A stretch of 58,316 nt of DNA, filler included, from Sphacelaria rigidula (taxonomy: Eukaryota): assembly GCA_964200075.2 (NCBI GenBank). It is 8 parts of 8 records of this genome, joined end to end, with 100 filler letters (N's around TTAATTAATTAA, not from the genome) between each part and the next. Parts side by side here need not be neighbours in the genome. Positions count along the whole stretch, not along the records: positions 29,211 to 36,412 come from CAXNAA020015987.1; positions 36,513 to 43,714 come from CAXNAA020015988.1; positions 43,815 to 51,015 come from CAXNAA020015989.1; 5 more parts are not named here. The stretch is one strand, 5' to 3'. The position numbers and the translations under genes are program-made. This document shows positions 35,289-48,300 of this stretch, piece by piece (position 1 is the stretch's first letter; every line of letters starts with the position of its first letter). The notes below the pieces were generated by a model. The model searched no databases, was not told the origin of the DNA, and was given only the letters and a program-made list of their open reading frames with translations.

Positions 35289-37926
35289 TGCTGTTTCTGT
35301 CCAGCGGGTTTGGGCGTTGGGGAGGCTGGGACACATATGTCGACGACCAGTTGTTGAGACTTCTCCAGGTTGGGTTTCGTCCTCCCTATTATATTTTCGT
35401 GCCGATATATATTTCTTCTTTCTTCTTCTTTTTTTTTCTTTTTCGAAACGGCATAGTGCGTGCCTGTAGTTGGTACGACTAATGTTGTTCCATAGCATGC
35501 GATGTCCACGTGAGATGGTGTTTCGAGTGCTTTTGTTGAGGTAGGTGCTTCAGGTGGCGATCCGTTTTTTTTTTTTTTCTTGAGGCACTCGTGTGTGAAA
35601 CCTGGTAGGCTGATTGTCTTTGTTGCTCGATTTATTCCCCCGTATGTTATCAACACTTCCCGCGGGGGTCATCCGGAGTGTTATGTTTTTTTCACGGACA
35701 CTTGTGGGGCGGGGTGGAGGGGGGGTATTACTGTTTGTTGAGAACTGAAAGTATTTTACAGCATTATTGTGGGAATGTGTTTTTGTTGTTTTTCTTCCTT
35801 TTCGACAAATTACGGACATGCCTTTTTTTTCTGTTGTTGTTTACGTTATTTGGGGCGGACTGTCTGTGTGGTAGACTCTTTGCTCGTCGTGTGTGATATG
35901 AGACCGAAATTCATTTATTTTTCTGTGTCTTTGCTATTATACAACACTCCTACGGTATATGTTCAACACACCTGAAAAGTTGAAAGGATTGGGAGCGGGG
36001 ATTAGCGTGAAGTTGAGGGTGGGCGGAGGGGTGAGGTGGGTGGGGATGGGGGGGGTCATGGATCACGCTGAGACACGGTGTTTTATCATTTTGATGTAGT
36101 TACAGGTTGCGCAGCTTGAAATTGAAACCAATCGGATATGGGTGAGAAGAGGTGGGTGGGTTCATGAACAAACGTAGTAGTCTCGGCCCCTGGTCATCCG
36201 CATGGTGGAAGCATGGGTTGCGCACGGATGCACCAATTCTGTTTGGCATAAGCCCCCAGAATTTATAGGCGGTTCTACTACTTCCTCTTCGCGATTCTCA
36301 AGTCACTTTTTTTGGATGCAAATTCTGGCGGGCAAAAAAATGGAGGGAGGGGGGGGGGGGGGTGGGGGGGGGGGGGGGGGGGGGGGAGGCGGGGTGAGCT
36401 TGGGGCGGGTGGNNNNNNNNNNNNNNNNNNNNNNNNNNNNNNNNNNNNNNNNNNNNTTAATTAATTAANNNNNNNNNNNNNNNNNNNNNNNNNNNNNNNN
36501 NNNNNNNNNNNNTCTCATCCTCAATGAAAATCTCCATCCTCAACATAGATGATCCGCTGTTCCCCGTCGTTACGGCGTCCCTGTGCTCACTATTGCATTT
36601 TCGCTGGCGGTGCATAAACGCAGCCCTAAGCGTATTTGTTGTTAGTTTGACCGCACGGTGTAACTGATGGCCAATGAGTACTGCGTACAGTACGATTCTA
36701 ATACCGACGATATTACACGAACACACGTCATCTTCACATCAGCCCTCTTATTCAGAGCCGCAGGGGTGTGATAAGTTCGAAGGCAGCGAAAAGTCGTCGC
36801 TCTTGGGCTGCGAAAACAGCGAAAAAGAGTCAGCTTTGAGCTGCTCACGCACAGGCGGCCCGTGGGTGCTGGAAGCATTGGGCGGGTTCCGTGCTGAAGC
36901 TCATTTTTTCGCGGGGAGTTCCGTGAATTCTCGCCATCCTCATCCCTTTTCTCGATTTTTTTGGCATGGTCCTGTGATGAAGTTATAATGTGTAAAATTC
37001 GAGGGAAAACTACGCTCGTCTCGCCCGGGTTTCAATGAATACTACTAGTATATTTCTATCGCCGACAATCAAAACGCAGAATGTGGGGATGGTACCGAAA
37101 AATCCCCGGACTCGAGAATGATCGCATGCCGAAAAATTCAGGTTAGGATGATATCGGGGCGGGGATCACGGCTCCGGTTTCGGATTTTCATCTTTTCCAT
37201 CTGGTGCAAAGTTGTAGCGGTACATGCCGCTTGTCGTTTTATCGCCGCCGCAAAAAAAAACGTTCAAGAATTAATCATTTTGTAAGCGCCTGTTGGCATA
37301 CACATGTTTACACAAACCCCCCGATATACATGATGGAGTTTCCATGCGTGACGTACCGTGTGTTGGTCCGAACCAGCATACATACATGATGCGAAGGCAC
37401 TCGCCGCCTCCCGTAACAGCTGAGCCTTGCGGCCTAGCCTGAGACCGACTCATTCCAGCGCACTCCCCAACGTGGGTTTTTTGTCTGATGAACGATCTGA
37501 GTGGCTCTATCCCCCTCGATCGGCCAAGCGGAATCGATTATTATAGAGCAAGGTCCTGAAACAAAAAAAAGTTCGGGAATGGGGCGAAAACAAATTCAAG
37601 GTGAACACGAACTCATGGTTTCGAAACCTTTTTTGAACATCGTTTTTGGGCATTTTTAAGAACGAACTGCGAAGTCGATTTTGTTTTGTTTTTTGGGGGG
37701 GGGCGGTCGGAGAGGATACTGAGCTTTATCCCGCCAAATGGTGCACCGTCGACTCATTTGTGTTGTTGAACAACAACTAAGGACAACAACGCTTCGATTT
37801 GCATCATCAATACACCGGCTCGGGTGCAACAGCGAGCACAGGGAAACCGCGGCGGGAGAAATTAACATTTTTTGTTAAGTTGTATTTCTACCGCACTGCC
37901 TCTAACAACCTGGGTCCGTTTTTTAC

Positions 37927-38312
37927 GTTCAACATTTAGGTGAGGTGCAACTCGAAAACAGTGCTGTCCCTGACCTGAAGTCATGATCAATGAATTTCAT
38001 ATGGAGGACGACCTCATGCCCCCCGGCCTCTTCGACACTACATTTTTTGGGGGTTGCCCGTCTTCCGTGCCCCCAAAGCGTATGTGCAAAATCACCTTTT
38101 TGCCTCGATATCGGGGCGAAAAAGGGGACGTTTTTAGCCCGGAATTCGTGCTTTCGCATATTATACGCTTTGGGGGCACGGAAGACGGGCAACCCCCGGA
38201 AAAAGTTTGAAGGAGGTCGGGGGGCATGAGGTTGTCCATATGAAATCCATTGGTCATGACTTTAGGGCAGGGAAACACTGTCTTCGAGTTGAACCTCACC
38301 CAAATGTTGAAC
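37927..38312. mobile_element. Foldback MITE family G (almost entirely palindromic)
   Basis: Arms gttcaacattt.ggtgagg...gggggttgcccgtcttccgtgcccccaaagcgtat and their reverse complement. Confidence 0.85.
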
Positions 38313-39746
38313 CTCAAAAAGGGATCCAGCTGTGTTTTCTTCTAGAGTTCTCCCAGTGCCGACCGAGGATCTCCAAAAAGTAACCTGTCGTCCATCGGGC
38401 AGTGCACTCGCTGGTACACCTGCCGCCTTCTCGGAACAGCCGTGGTGGTAGTCGTCTACGAGGGCACTTGCGGTTATTTTTGAGCTGAACCCTAACATGG
38501 TGGCCATGCTAACCTCCTTGTGTCATCTATCGTTTCTTGTTTTGTCTTTTATTATCTTCTCTCTTCGTTTCTCTCGCTGTACGTTTTTGGCACATCTGGC
38601 GTTTTTGTTTGTTTGTTTGTTTTCCCCCACTTTCGTTTTTCTCCCCGTTGAGTTACATCTCACCCGTTTTTGTGGCGTCCCTCTTCTTGTTTTTATTTTT
38701 ACAATATGTCTTGTGAGGAATAGCAGGGACGGTATTGGAAAGACGAACCTACGTCTGTGACCACGGGTTCGCGAGATAGGACTAATTTGCGGAAGTAATA
38801 ATAACAAAGATAATAATTTTATTGCACATTGCTCATGCGCTGAGCATCAAGAGGGTGGTATCCTACGTCGAAAATCATGTAGAGGCTGGATACAAGTACG
38901 ACAAAACTGCGATGGTTCCACGGTCGCGGCATAAAACCTCGCGCATGATGTGCAAAGCAAGCATCTTGTGCGTATACTGGGCATAACAAGCAGAACATCC
39001 TCGACATAGGAAATACTCCCTGATCGTCACGAAAATACCGGACATCCTGGTACGTGCGTCGTTTTGAACAAATAAAGAAGGTCGTGCATGCTGCAGGTGC
39101 GAGTGTGTGCTATTATAGGTATGGTGAAATGCGGATCTGCTGTGAACTGCCGATGTATCTAGAAAAAGCTATCAGCAGTCAATTCCCCGGCCATGCGGCA
39201 CACGAAGTTACTGACGCTCGACAGTGTTTCACTTACCGCATAAGCGGAGCAGAACTAGCAAATGCAGGGACGCTGCGGTGGTGCGGACTACTGTATGCAG
39301 AAGCAGAACAGCCGCAGGCGCCAACAGTGCAACAAGAACGGCCGTCGGAGTTCCACTTTGTTTTGGCTCGGAAACGATCGAGTGCCACCGCAGTCCGGAA
39401 ATGTATTTCGCCAGCTGTCTGACGTTTCACAGAGTTGCACGCGGACCCCAGCTTGCCATTCGAAGGTCTATTTTTTTCCGATTTTTTCTTCTGCCCCCAG
39501 CATATTCATCTGCTGGCGGTTTCATCTTGAGATTCAGCGAACGGAGCAACCAGCCCTGAAATGAGTAGCTCTCCAGTATATCTTCAACCCTTGTTTCCGA
39601 CCGTTTGATAATCTCTGTTGTGTGTGGCAAGCTTCCCGAGTCTTCACGGTATCTATGGTGAGGTTCACCCCTTCAGCAACATAGGCACAACCGTAGAGTG
39701 TAGTACATCGCAGTAAAATTTCTTACGCGAAACCACCGTGAATAGA

Positions 39747-40169
39747 TAGTGGATTCTCGAAAATGAGGTTGAAAAAAAAATGAGATTCAACTCAGAAGCC
39801 GTGCTTTCCCTGACCTGGATTCGTGACAAATGGCTTTCGCATGGACAACCTCATCCGTCCCGACCTCCCCAAAACTATTCCGGGGGATTTCTAGCATTCC
39901 GTTCCCCCAAAGGGTATGTGCGAAAGAATGGTTTTTGGCCAAACAAACGTCATGTTTTCACCCCGAAATTGAGGCAAAAGCGTGCTTTCGCTCAGCCTTT
40001 GGGGGAACGTAAGGCTAGAAATCCTCCGAAATAGTTTAAGGGACGTCGGGAGGGATGAAGTCGTCCGCCGCATGAAAGTTATTCGTCACAAACTTGGGTC
40101 AGGGAAAGCACGGCTTTTGAGTTGAACCTCATTTTGTTTTTCAACATCCCCATTTTCGAGAATCCACCA
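39747..40169. mobile_element. Foldback MITE related to family G
   Basis: gtggattctcgaaaatg...aagccgtgctttccctgacc / ggtcagggaaagcacggctt...cattttcgagaatccac. Same architecture as 37927-38312. Confidence 0.85.
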
Positions 40170-40571
40170 TTATTAACAGATTATTATGCTTACGAGCAAG
40201 GGTGCACGATATTTTTCCCCCTCGCACGCACGCCTACCTACTCCCACCCCCCCCCCCTCTGCCCCCCCCCCCGAAGGATCGAGAGGAAAATGTTCGGATT
40301 TTTTCCCTCTTGCCTCTCCCCTCTCAGTTTGTGTGTACAATGCACGTTGCCCCTCAACACGTGCTACGTGCCTACGAAGTACAAAGATACCACTTGTTGT
40401 TGGAAACACCTGCCTGCTCATGATATGGGCTGGCTTGGCTTTATTTGATGATTGTGCCTAGAGACGATCGCAGCCAAGACCATCCGCTGCGGCAACCTCG
40501 GACTTGGACAGATTTCACGAATAACAACTTTTACACCTCTAAGCTTGCGCAAATGAGTGAGGACGTGCCTT

Positions 40572-41340
40572 GGCGAGACAACACAAGAAAAGTGAAAACG
40601 CGCCGTGAGAGTGAGAGTGAGAACAGCCAAGCATCGACATTGAGGATGGAGCTTTTCATTAAGGATGAGAACCCGGAGAAAAAAATTCGTCGCATCCACA
40701 CCAAATCTTCGAAATGTGGTTCCATTTCTTAACCTACTGGTAGCTACTGACAGCTATTGCACGCCATGCAAATTTGGATTTCGATAATCAACATGTTAGG
40801 GTCGTTGGTGAAAAACCCTTTTGGGGGGAATTTAGGCAATTAAATTCCCCCCAAAAGGGTTTTTCACCAAGGACCCCAACATTTTGGTTTTCGAAATCCA
40901 AATTTGCATGGCGTGTAATAGCTGTCAGTAGCTACCAGTAGGTGAAGAACCATATTTCGAAGATTTGGTGTGGATACGAATATTTGAATTTTCCAGGGGT
41001 TTTCATCCTCAATGAAAAGCTTCATCGTCAATTTCGGTGATCGGCTGTTTGGGAGTGAGGGTGAGGAGAGTGATTCTGGCGTTTTTCTTGGTGTTCTTAT
41101 TTGTCGTCCTTATCCTTCCGAGTGGCTGAGAAGAGCTAAAGGCCTGACGAGAAAAGTGAGAACGCGCCGTGAGAGTGAGATTGATTCTGGCGTTTCTCGT
41201 GTTTTTTTGTTATATTCATCCACTTGGTTGCCCATCAACTCTCAACAAATCGGAATGAGGACAAAAATAAAATGACCAACACCGCCAGGATTACTCTCAC
41301 TTTCGCAATCTCACGGCGCGTTGGCACTTTTCTTGTCTCC
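40572..41340. mobile_element. Foldback element(s) with a ~400-bp palindromic core centred at ~40837
   Basis: ttggtgaaaaacccttttggggggaattta-ggcaat-taaattccccccaaaagggtttttcaccaa, with arms extending to ~40635/41040. Outer inverted motif aagaaaagtg..aacgcgccgtgaga. Confidence 0.85.
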
Positions 41341-41372
41341 TTAAAATAGCAGGGCCTATTAACGGAGTATAT

Positions 41373-41900
41373 CAAGGTTGTGTTCTGTAGGGTGCGGTTT
41401 TTTGTATAATACCTGGGGTATTTTGCCGGGTATTTACCGTACCCGACAGTTCTGTGGCTTCTGTAAGGCTTTCATACCGGTACCCGATAGTCTTGTAATC
41501 CCAGTAAGACTCCCGCACCGTTACCGGGGGGCACGGGTATGTTGTTGATAAGATACCTGAGTGCGGGTAAGGTTTTCTGTGCAACCTTCATATCCTATCC
41601 GACAGTTTCTGTGACTTCTGGAAGCCTCCCATACCCTCACCCGACAGCTCTGTGAGTTCTGTACAGAATGTTTACCTGTACCCGGAGTGCGGGTATGCTC
41701 TTGAAAAAATACCCGATTGTCAGTACCGATTTTCTGTAAGCCTCCCATACCGTACCCGACAAGTTCTGTGATTTCTGTAAGACTTTCTTCCAGTACCGGT
41801 ACCCGATAGTTCTGTGAGTTCTGTAAGCCTCCCATACCCCTACCCGGGGTTAGAGTATACCGTTACCGATACACCCGATTGCAGGTATGAGCACAGGTAT
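41373..41900 (+). mobile_element. Family H element with ACCCGACAGTT(T)CTGTGAGTTCTGTAAG tandem units (copy 1)
   Basis: Begins caaggttgtgttctgtagggtgcgg, with about 7 degenerate units. Confidence 0.75.
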
Positions 41901-42525
41901 ATACCTTGGGGAGGTACGACTTTAGGTTCAATCCAAACAAGACCTCATGACCTGAACATGTACCTCCCATCGATCAACCCACCAAACTCCTTCACTCAAA
42001 GCTGCACACCAAAAATAATTCAACAACCTTGAAAACTTCTTCAGTTTGGGATCTGACGGGATACGAGGTACAGCTGAGTGGAAACACGAAACATGAGCAG
42101 CCCTGCCGACCGGCAGGATGTATCACCCCCGGACTCGAGTTGTGGCTCGAGCGGGGGCGCGGTTCATCTGCGCCACCAGAGGATTAAGTAGCAAGACGCA
42201 CGTCATCGACGTTGATGGTGGTTGTGTCGTGGTCATCAACTGATAAACCCCAGGCCGATAGTCGTCAAGACCGTCGGCGATTTTGTCGCGTGCCGAAGGG
42301 CTCCCAGAGAACGGGCAGCCGTGAATGCTCCTTCATGTACTCTCTGGGAGTGTGCGTGAAGCCGACAGATGTTGACGATCCCTTGCACATATGTACTACT
42401 GCGATTATTCGTGTGGTCTTTCTCTATCAACCCCGTGAAGGTCGTTCAAAGTTTTCTTGAACTATCATCTGTATTTTGCCACTGTTATGATGGCGAAGGT
42501 CCCACCACAGGGGTGATGATAGCAC

Positions 42526-43017
42526 CAAGGTCGTTTTTTGTAGGGTACGGCTTTCTGTATACCCGGGGTATTTCCCCGCTTACCCGACAATTCTGTGAGT
42601 TCTGTAAGCCTCCCGTACCGTTACCGGGGGGCACGGGCATGCTCTTGACAAGATACCCGGTTGCGGGTACGGTTTTCTGTGCAACCTTCACACCCTACCC
42701 GACAGTTTCTGTGAGTTTTGTAAGCCTTCCGTACCCTTACCCGAGAGTTCTGTGAGTTCTGTACAAAAACTTTACCCTAACCCGAGGGGCTGGTATACCC
42801 TAAAAGAGTTACTCGATTGCCGGTACCTGGTTTTCTGTAAGCCTCCCATACCGTACCCGACAAGTTCTGTGATTTCTGTAAGACTTTCATACCGGTACCC
42901 GACAGTTTTGTAAATTCTGCAAGGGTTTCATGCCGGTACCGGACAGGTCTGAAAGTTCTGCAAGGAATCTCATACCCTACAGAAGAAGGTACCCGTACCT
43001 TACAGAACACAACCCTG
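42526..43017 (+). mobile_element. Family H element (copy 2, both ends present)
   Basis: caaggtcgttttttgtagggtacgg ... ccgtaccttacagaacacaaccctg form imperfect TIRs around the same internal units. Confidence 0.75.
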
Positions 43018-43814
43018 GAAGATTATCATGGTGATGTGCCTACAGCAGTGGTGGTGTGAACAGCAGTGTTCCAATAATGTAAAAGTAGTATAGGATCAGT
43101 AGTCGAAACAAGGCATCATTGTAGGACCTAGTATAGAATACCGAGGAATAATTTTCGCACATAATCTCCTTGAGGTGGCTGGTTCCTTCACCGCGATGAG
43201 TACGAAGGTGATCAGTTACCCTCCAAATGTGCCGTGCATTACCTTGATGGCTGGATGCCATGGTAAACGTTTTACCACCCTCAAAAAGACATACATACTG
43301 CAGTGAGCCTTGGTTTGTGTTTCATATATTTATTATTCACTGATTATTTTTATTGTTTTTCTTTTCGTTCGTTCTTTTTCTTTCCATTTTCCTCTGCTAT
43401 TCACTATTATACATTTTCATTCTTTTTTCTCTCCCTGTTTTGTGCACTTATTTTATGGTTGTATTTTTGTTTCAATTATGTCGTTGTTTGGCTCATTTGT
43501 TTCCTTTCTTCCTCTCATTTCATTTATTTCATTTTTTTATTTCTTTGTTTCATTTCTTCGGTTTATTTCTTTGTATGTCTATTTTTTCATTTTTTTTTTT
43601 TCGTTCTACTTCCACATTTACGTATCAGGGGGATAAGTGGATCGTCAATTACCCCCCCCACACCTCGGGGGAGGGTGCCCCACCTCCCACACTGCCTCGT
43701 TTTGTATGGGATTTNNNNNNNNNNNNNNNNNNNNNNNNNNNNNNNNNNNNNNNNNNNNTTAATTAATTAANNNNNNNNNNNNNNNNNNNNNNNNNNNNNN
43801 NNNNNNNNNNNNNN

Positions 43815-45046
43815 GAGATGCGCGAAGGTGCATGATCGGAGTTGTTCGAACGCGAGTTAACGCGCGAAGAACTTGATCTGGGCCGCAAGGCATCCTCGTG
43901 AGTACGGCCATGGTTAGCTATCACCGGGCGCTTTGGAGCGCGAGATGAGTTGGAAGTATGGCGTGAACTACCTCCAGATTTGTGTCCATGAGCGATATTC
44001 TTCGGGCGTGTGGAAGCGCGCGATGAATTCAAGCTTTGCTGGGATTGGTCCTTGGAACTGGTAGAACGGGAGACATGGTCATGACCAAGTCTCGGTGTGC
44101 GGCGCCGGTCAGAAGCACGAGTATGGCTCTGCTGCGACGTTGAGGAAGGGCTGGACTCATGTTCGTGGAATTTATCATGAGTGACAAAAGGAGGACGCAA
44201 TGTCGCCGAACGGGTCGCTAGACGTACGGGTTTGGGCGTGGCAGGTGCAGAATCATCGTTGAATTGTACATGAGCAGACGCCGACTGGTCTTGGAGCGTG
44301 GCGTGGCAAAAAGCCGTAAATGCCTCGATGAGAGCTGGCGCTGCCGATGGCGATGACGCCGAGGAGGTGCGATGCAGAGTTTGCATGGCAGCATGCATGA
44401 CCGCAACGGCAGGTCCGATATTGGACTACGCAGTAGGGCGCATGGGACTATCAAGAGTCGTGCGAAGGGGGTCCGTGACGGAAGCAGCCCGTGTGACAAC
44501 GTCTCTTGCTCCAGAAGCGATGCGCTTCGTCGGGACAGAATCGTCTCGAGAGTTGTCAGCCGTCAAGCGATGGGGTGCCATGGTTGAAGCAACTGCGGCA
44601 GGGCCGAGCTGGACACGTGTGTCCAGGGGCAACGACTCGACTGAGGGCACAATTCTAACTCCGGATTCCACATTAGGATTCGGGGGAGCACGGGCCAGCG
44701 AGGGGTGTGCGACGGAATCCACCGCTATGGGCTCACTGACATGCGCGTCAGGATCCAATGACTCGGCCGGGTGCATTACCATGTTCTCTGAGTCCGGGTC
44801 GGAACGTGAGAGAGCAGGTCTCGGCGTCAAAGTCTGGTCTTCGAGTGTTGAAGAATGAGCTTCGCTCGAATGTTGGTCTTCAGATCCCGAAGAAAGAACA
44901 GCGCTCGCATACGTGCGGCGATGTGTTGAAGGTGGCGTGCCGCTCGTCTTGAAAGATTTTGAACCGCCAGTAGTTTGACTTCGGGTCCGGCGAAGCGGTT
45001 GGTTTCCCAATTGAGGGGACGAGCCAGCGGTATTTCTGTGCGACAT
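43815..45046 (-). pseudogene. Intronless, S/T/P/R-rich gag-like reading frame split into two ORFs (45046-44426 and 44398-43815), running off the contig
   Basis: About 1.2 kb open on the minus strand with one disruption, unlike the short host exons, and directly downstream of an LTR-like segment. No conserved domain visible. Confidence 0.45.
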
Positions 45047-45221
45047 GATAATCGTACGCAGCCTTTGTGCTCAATAAAGGAAGGTTCAATATGTCTGATC
45101 TGCGGGTTTTAATCAAAGGAGCGTGACGCCGAGAGATGCTAAGTGCAAAAGACGAAGCTTGTATCCGGAAAATACTGGATAAGGAAGCCTAATAACGCCG
45201 GAGGGGACCGTGGGACCTGAT

Positions 45222-45360
45222 TGTCTTCAGTAATTTATTCAAGTAAATTGCGGTTTGTAACAACTATGTCCGGGGTCCTATTAATACAACTTCATTCAAG
45301 TTGTGGCGGTAATAGCTAGCACGGGGTTGTGTACACAACAGACGTATGTCATCGAAGACA
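45222..45360 (-). mobile_element. Putative short LTR
   Basis: Bounded by inverted TGTCTTC...GAAGACA, with AATAAA about a dozen nt before the minus-strand 3' end, upstream of the gag-like ORF. No canonical TGG primer-binding site seen. Confidence 0.4.
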
Positions 45361-48300
45361 AACGAAGACCCGATTTTCTGTAGTATTGTTGGTACGTGGA
45401 AGAACAACTTACACGTATCCCGGGTTTAGCGTCACGTACAGACTATAACTGCATGATCCCAGCACAAGTTGAGGGACGACTGGCTGTGTGCAAATGAAAA
45501 GAATTGTAAATATATATATATATATATATATATATTCGCAGATGCGCACAAAAACTGTGCAGCGTAAGGCAGCACAAAAGCTTTTACAAAGCTTGGGTTG
45601 TAGACCGCGATATCGGACTGCGTAGTGCAGAGCGAAGGCTTGTTATTCAACAAAGTTGAGGCAACGTATGTATGCGGAACACAGGTGATGTGATGCACAA
45701 CAGGGGCAACGCTGAGAGCGGATGCGGAAAAAATTGTAGTGCACAGGCAAGGGGCACCGATTTCGAGTGCTGTCTGTTCAAATGAGCACGTAACGGAGGT
45801 CGAAATGTTTCAACTAGTAGTATTTCAACGAAACCGTCTTGCTGAGTATTGCTACTTACCACGGTGGTGTATCGCGTTGCCTTACAGTTGTGCGAAGTGC
45901 ACATGAGGACGACAAGAACAAATTAGCCACAAGCAACGAAGCTAAAGCTACAACAATAACAAGGTCGCTCGAGCAACGAAGGTAAAGTACCGGAACAATC
46001 CAAAGTTCGGTGCAGACGTCCGTTATCACACCGTCTGGACACGGTCTGTACTTATTCAGTAATTTCGTGAAGGAAAGATACAACAGTCGCGTAAAATCGA
46101 TACTTAAAAAAAAAAGATACAACAGAGCAGCAGGGTGCCGGTAGGTAGGAGCTCCGGTCAGGAACAGCGGCTGGCTTATGAGCAACAATGCGCCTTTTCT
46201 GCACTGGTGTTCTGTACAAACCTGTAGTAGAAGACTTATTCTGCAAAGAAAAAGGGGGGCACAAGGCCAAATACACGAGCCAACGATGGCTTGGTGCGGT
46301 GGTCGTACCGGGCTAGTGAATCACGAAATATCGCAGACGTACAGGCGGACCTGATACCGTGGAGCCTTGTGAAGGTGGTGTCAAATTGACAGCACGGCAG
46401 AATAGCAAGCAGTGCGCGTTGACCCCACGTTGGCCACACTAGATGTGCCGTCGAGCGCTACAGCAATTGCACGTAGCTGGGCACAAATACTTTACCGAGA
46501 GACACGCGGGGCAGAAGCTTGTAGAGCTACTGACTACCTGGCGGTAGGTTTGACTAAAACCGTCCTGAAGGGAAAAGGGGGCAAATGATCAAAAAGCTGG
46601 AGTACACAGCTGGCAGCCAGGGATGCAAATCGGTACGAGAAAGAAACGCAATAGCCAAAGAGGAAGTTCCTTTGTCAAACGCCAATGTGATAAAGAGCAA
46701 GCGGCAGTATAATGCAAGGACACAGCTTGCAACCCAAGGCACAAGCGTGGCAGGCAAGTGTACGACCGTCAGGCTATTACAACATGTAGATGCTGTGTAA
46801 CCTGCTCAAAATCCAGATGCTATCCGAGATTCACGCAATAGGTTCTTGACTTCTCTCTTAATTATCTTGATTCTAACTCCGATACCACTCAATCAATCCA
46901 ACCCAGACCAGCCAACATCTCTCACCGATGGTTGGACTTCCTTTTGCTGGCTAGCAGATGGGAGCAGCTGATAGTGGTTGATGGGGGGGGTTTTGATCGT
47001 GAAGCACGATCAAAGACAAAGCCATCCCTGTATCCGACCAACTCTGAACAGACCTGTAGCCTTGTCTACCGGGATTCCTTATTTCCGGGATTCCCAATAT
47101 TACCGAAAGCCAGACTTTGACAATGAAAGCCAGACTTCGACAACGGGTCTGAAGCGGCATGACAACAGGCTAGTATACATCTTCATGGCAATACCACTTA
47201 CTGCTGCATATACGTGTAGAAACAGAAAACGCAGAAATCGACATGCCGCAGGCAGGGAGAACCATCCCGTGATAGATCTAGTGATATTGGAAAATATGGG
47301 AAATGAGTAATTAGCTTCATCACCGAAGCATCAACTTACTTGGCTCAACATCAACATCAAGTGAGTTGACCATCCTATTACTAGTTCGGTGTAACTACCC
47401 AGAACTAATCCAAGTTCGAGAAACTTATATCTTCCTGCCCTTGAAGCAGGAAATCAGGAAATTCGTCGTGTGTAGGAAGTAGTTCAAAACTAAGGCGATA
47501 TAGAACTTAGGACACTCCTGATCCCCCCCAATCGTGGTCCCCCAAAAGCACCGAAACGTTCATTTGACCACGTTACTGTACAGAAGACGACACAACGCCG
47601 GAACAACCAGAGCCCAAAATGAGAAGAAACGATGCCGCTCAAAAGTCACAGACGCTGCCGGAAGCTGACAGGGATGATGTCGGATGTGACGAAGTCCGTC
47701 ACGTTTCGAGTGTAGGCATCTGGTTTTGGAACGCATTACGGTAGAAAGGAGGTGGGCAAGGGGCAAAAGAAAGGAACGAAGAGACGTGAACAAGCGTGCA
47801 GGCTAGAGATTGCACTGGGGCATGTTGAAAGTAAACAAAAGGCTGCCACCGATGGAAACAAGCATTGAAGGTGGGAGAGGACAGGATAAAACTGGGACTA
47901 GACATGGTGGAGAGGGGGTTGAACGGGGAAAAGGAATGTGTACTTGTGGCATTTACCGTGAGCGGTGCTTTAGTTTCCGACTTCGCTCCTGGTGGCCGTG
48001 GGTCGGGTATCCCGTCGGGTAGGGTAAGCTTCTTTTTTTCGGGTGGAGTGTCGGTTTTGCTTGGTGGCCACACGGGGTCGCCTCCGGGAGGAGAGGGGGA
48101 ATAAGGTTTGACCCGCGGTACTTTCCGAGGTGTGTAGTTGTCGTTTCTCGAGGCAAACGCCTCTTGCTCCTGCAACAAGTGTCATTGGAAACCCGACAGG
48201 AGCTCGGCACGGGTGTCGTGGAAGCAGTCATGACACTTGAGAAATTCTGGGTCATGATCCCCCGCCGACAGATCAAAAAGTTTGTTTTTGGCAGGGGTGG

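Noticed and set aside
39054..39422. RRFEQIKKVVH resembling a piggyBac transposase motif
   Set aside because: A single short match with no supporting flanking motifs.
43303..43714. Phe-rich multi-TM ORFs
   Set aside because: T-rich low-complexity DNA, open in three frames.
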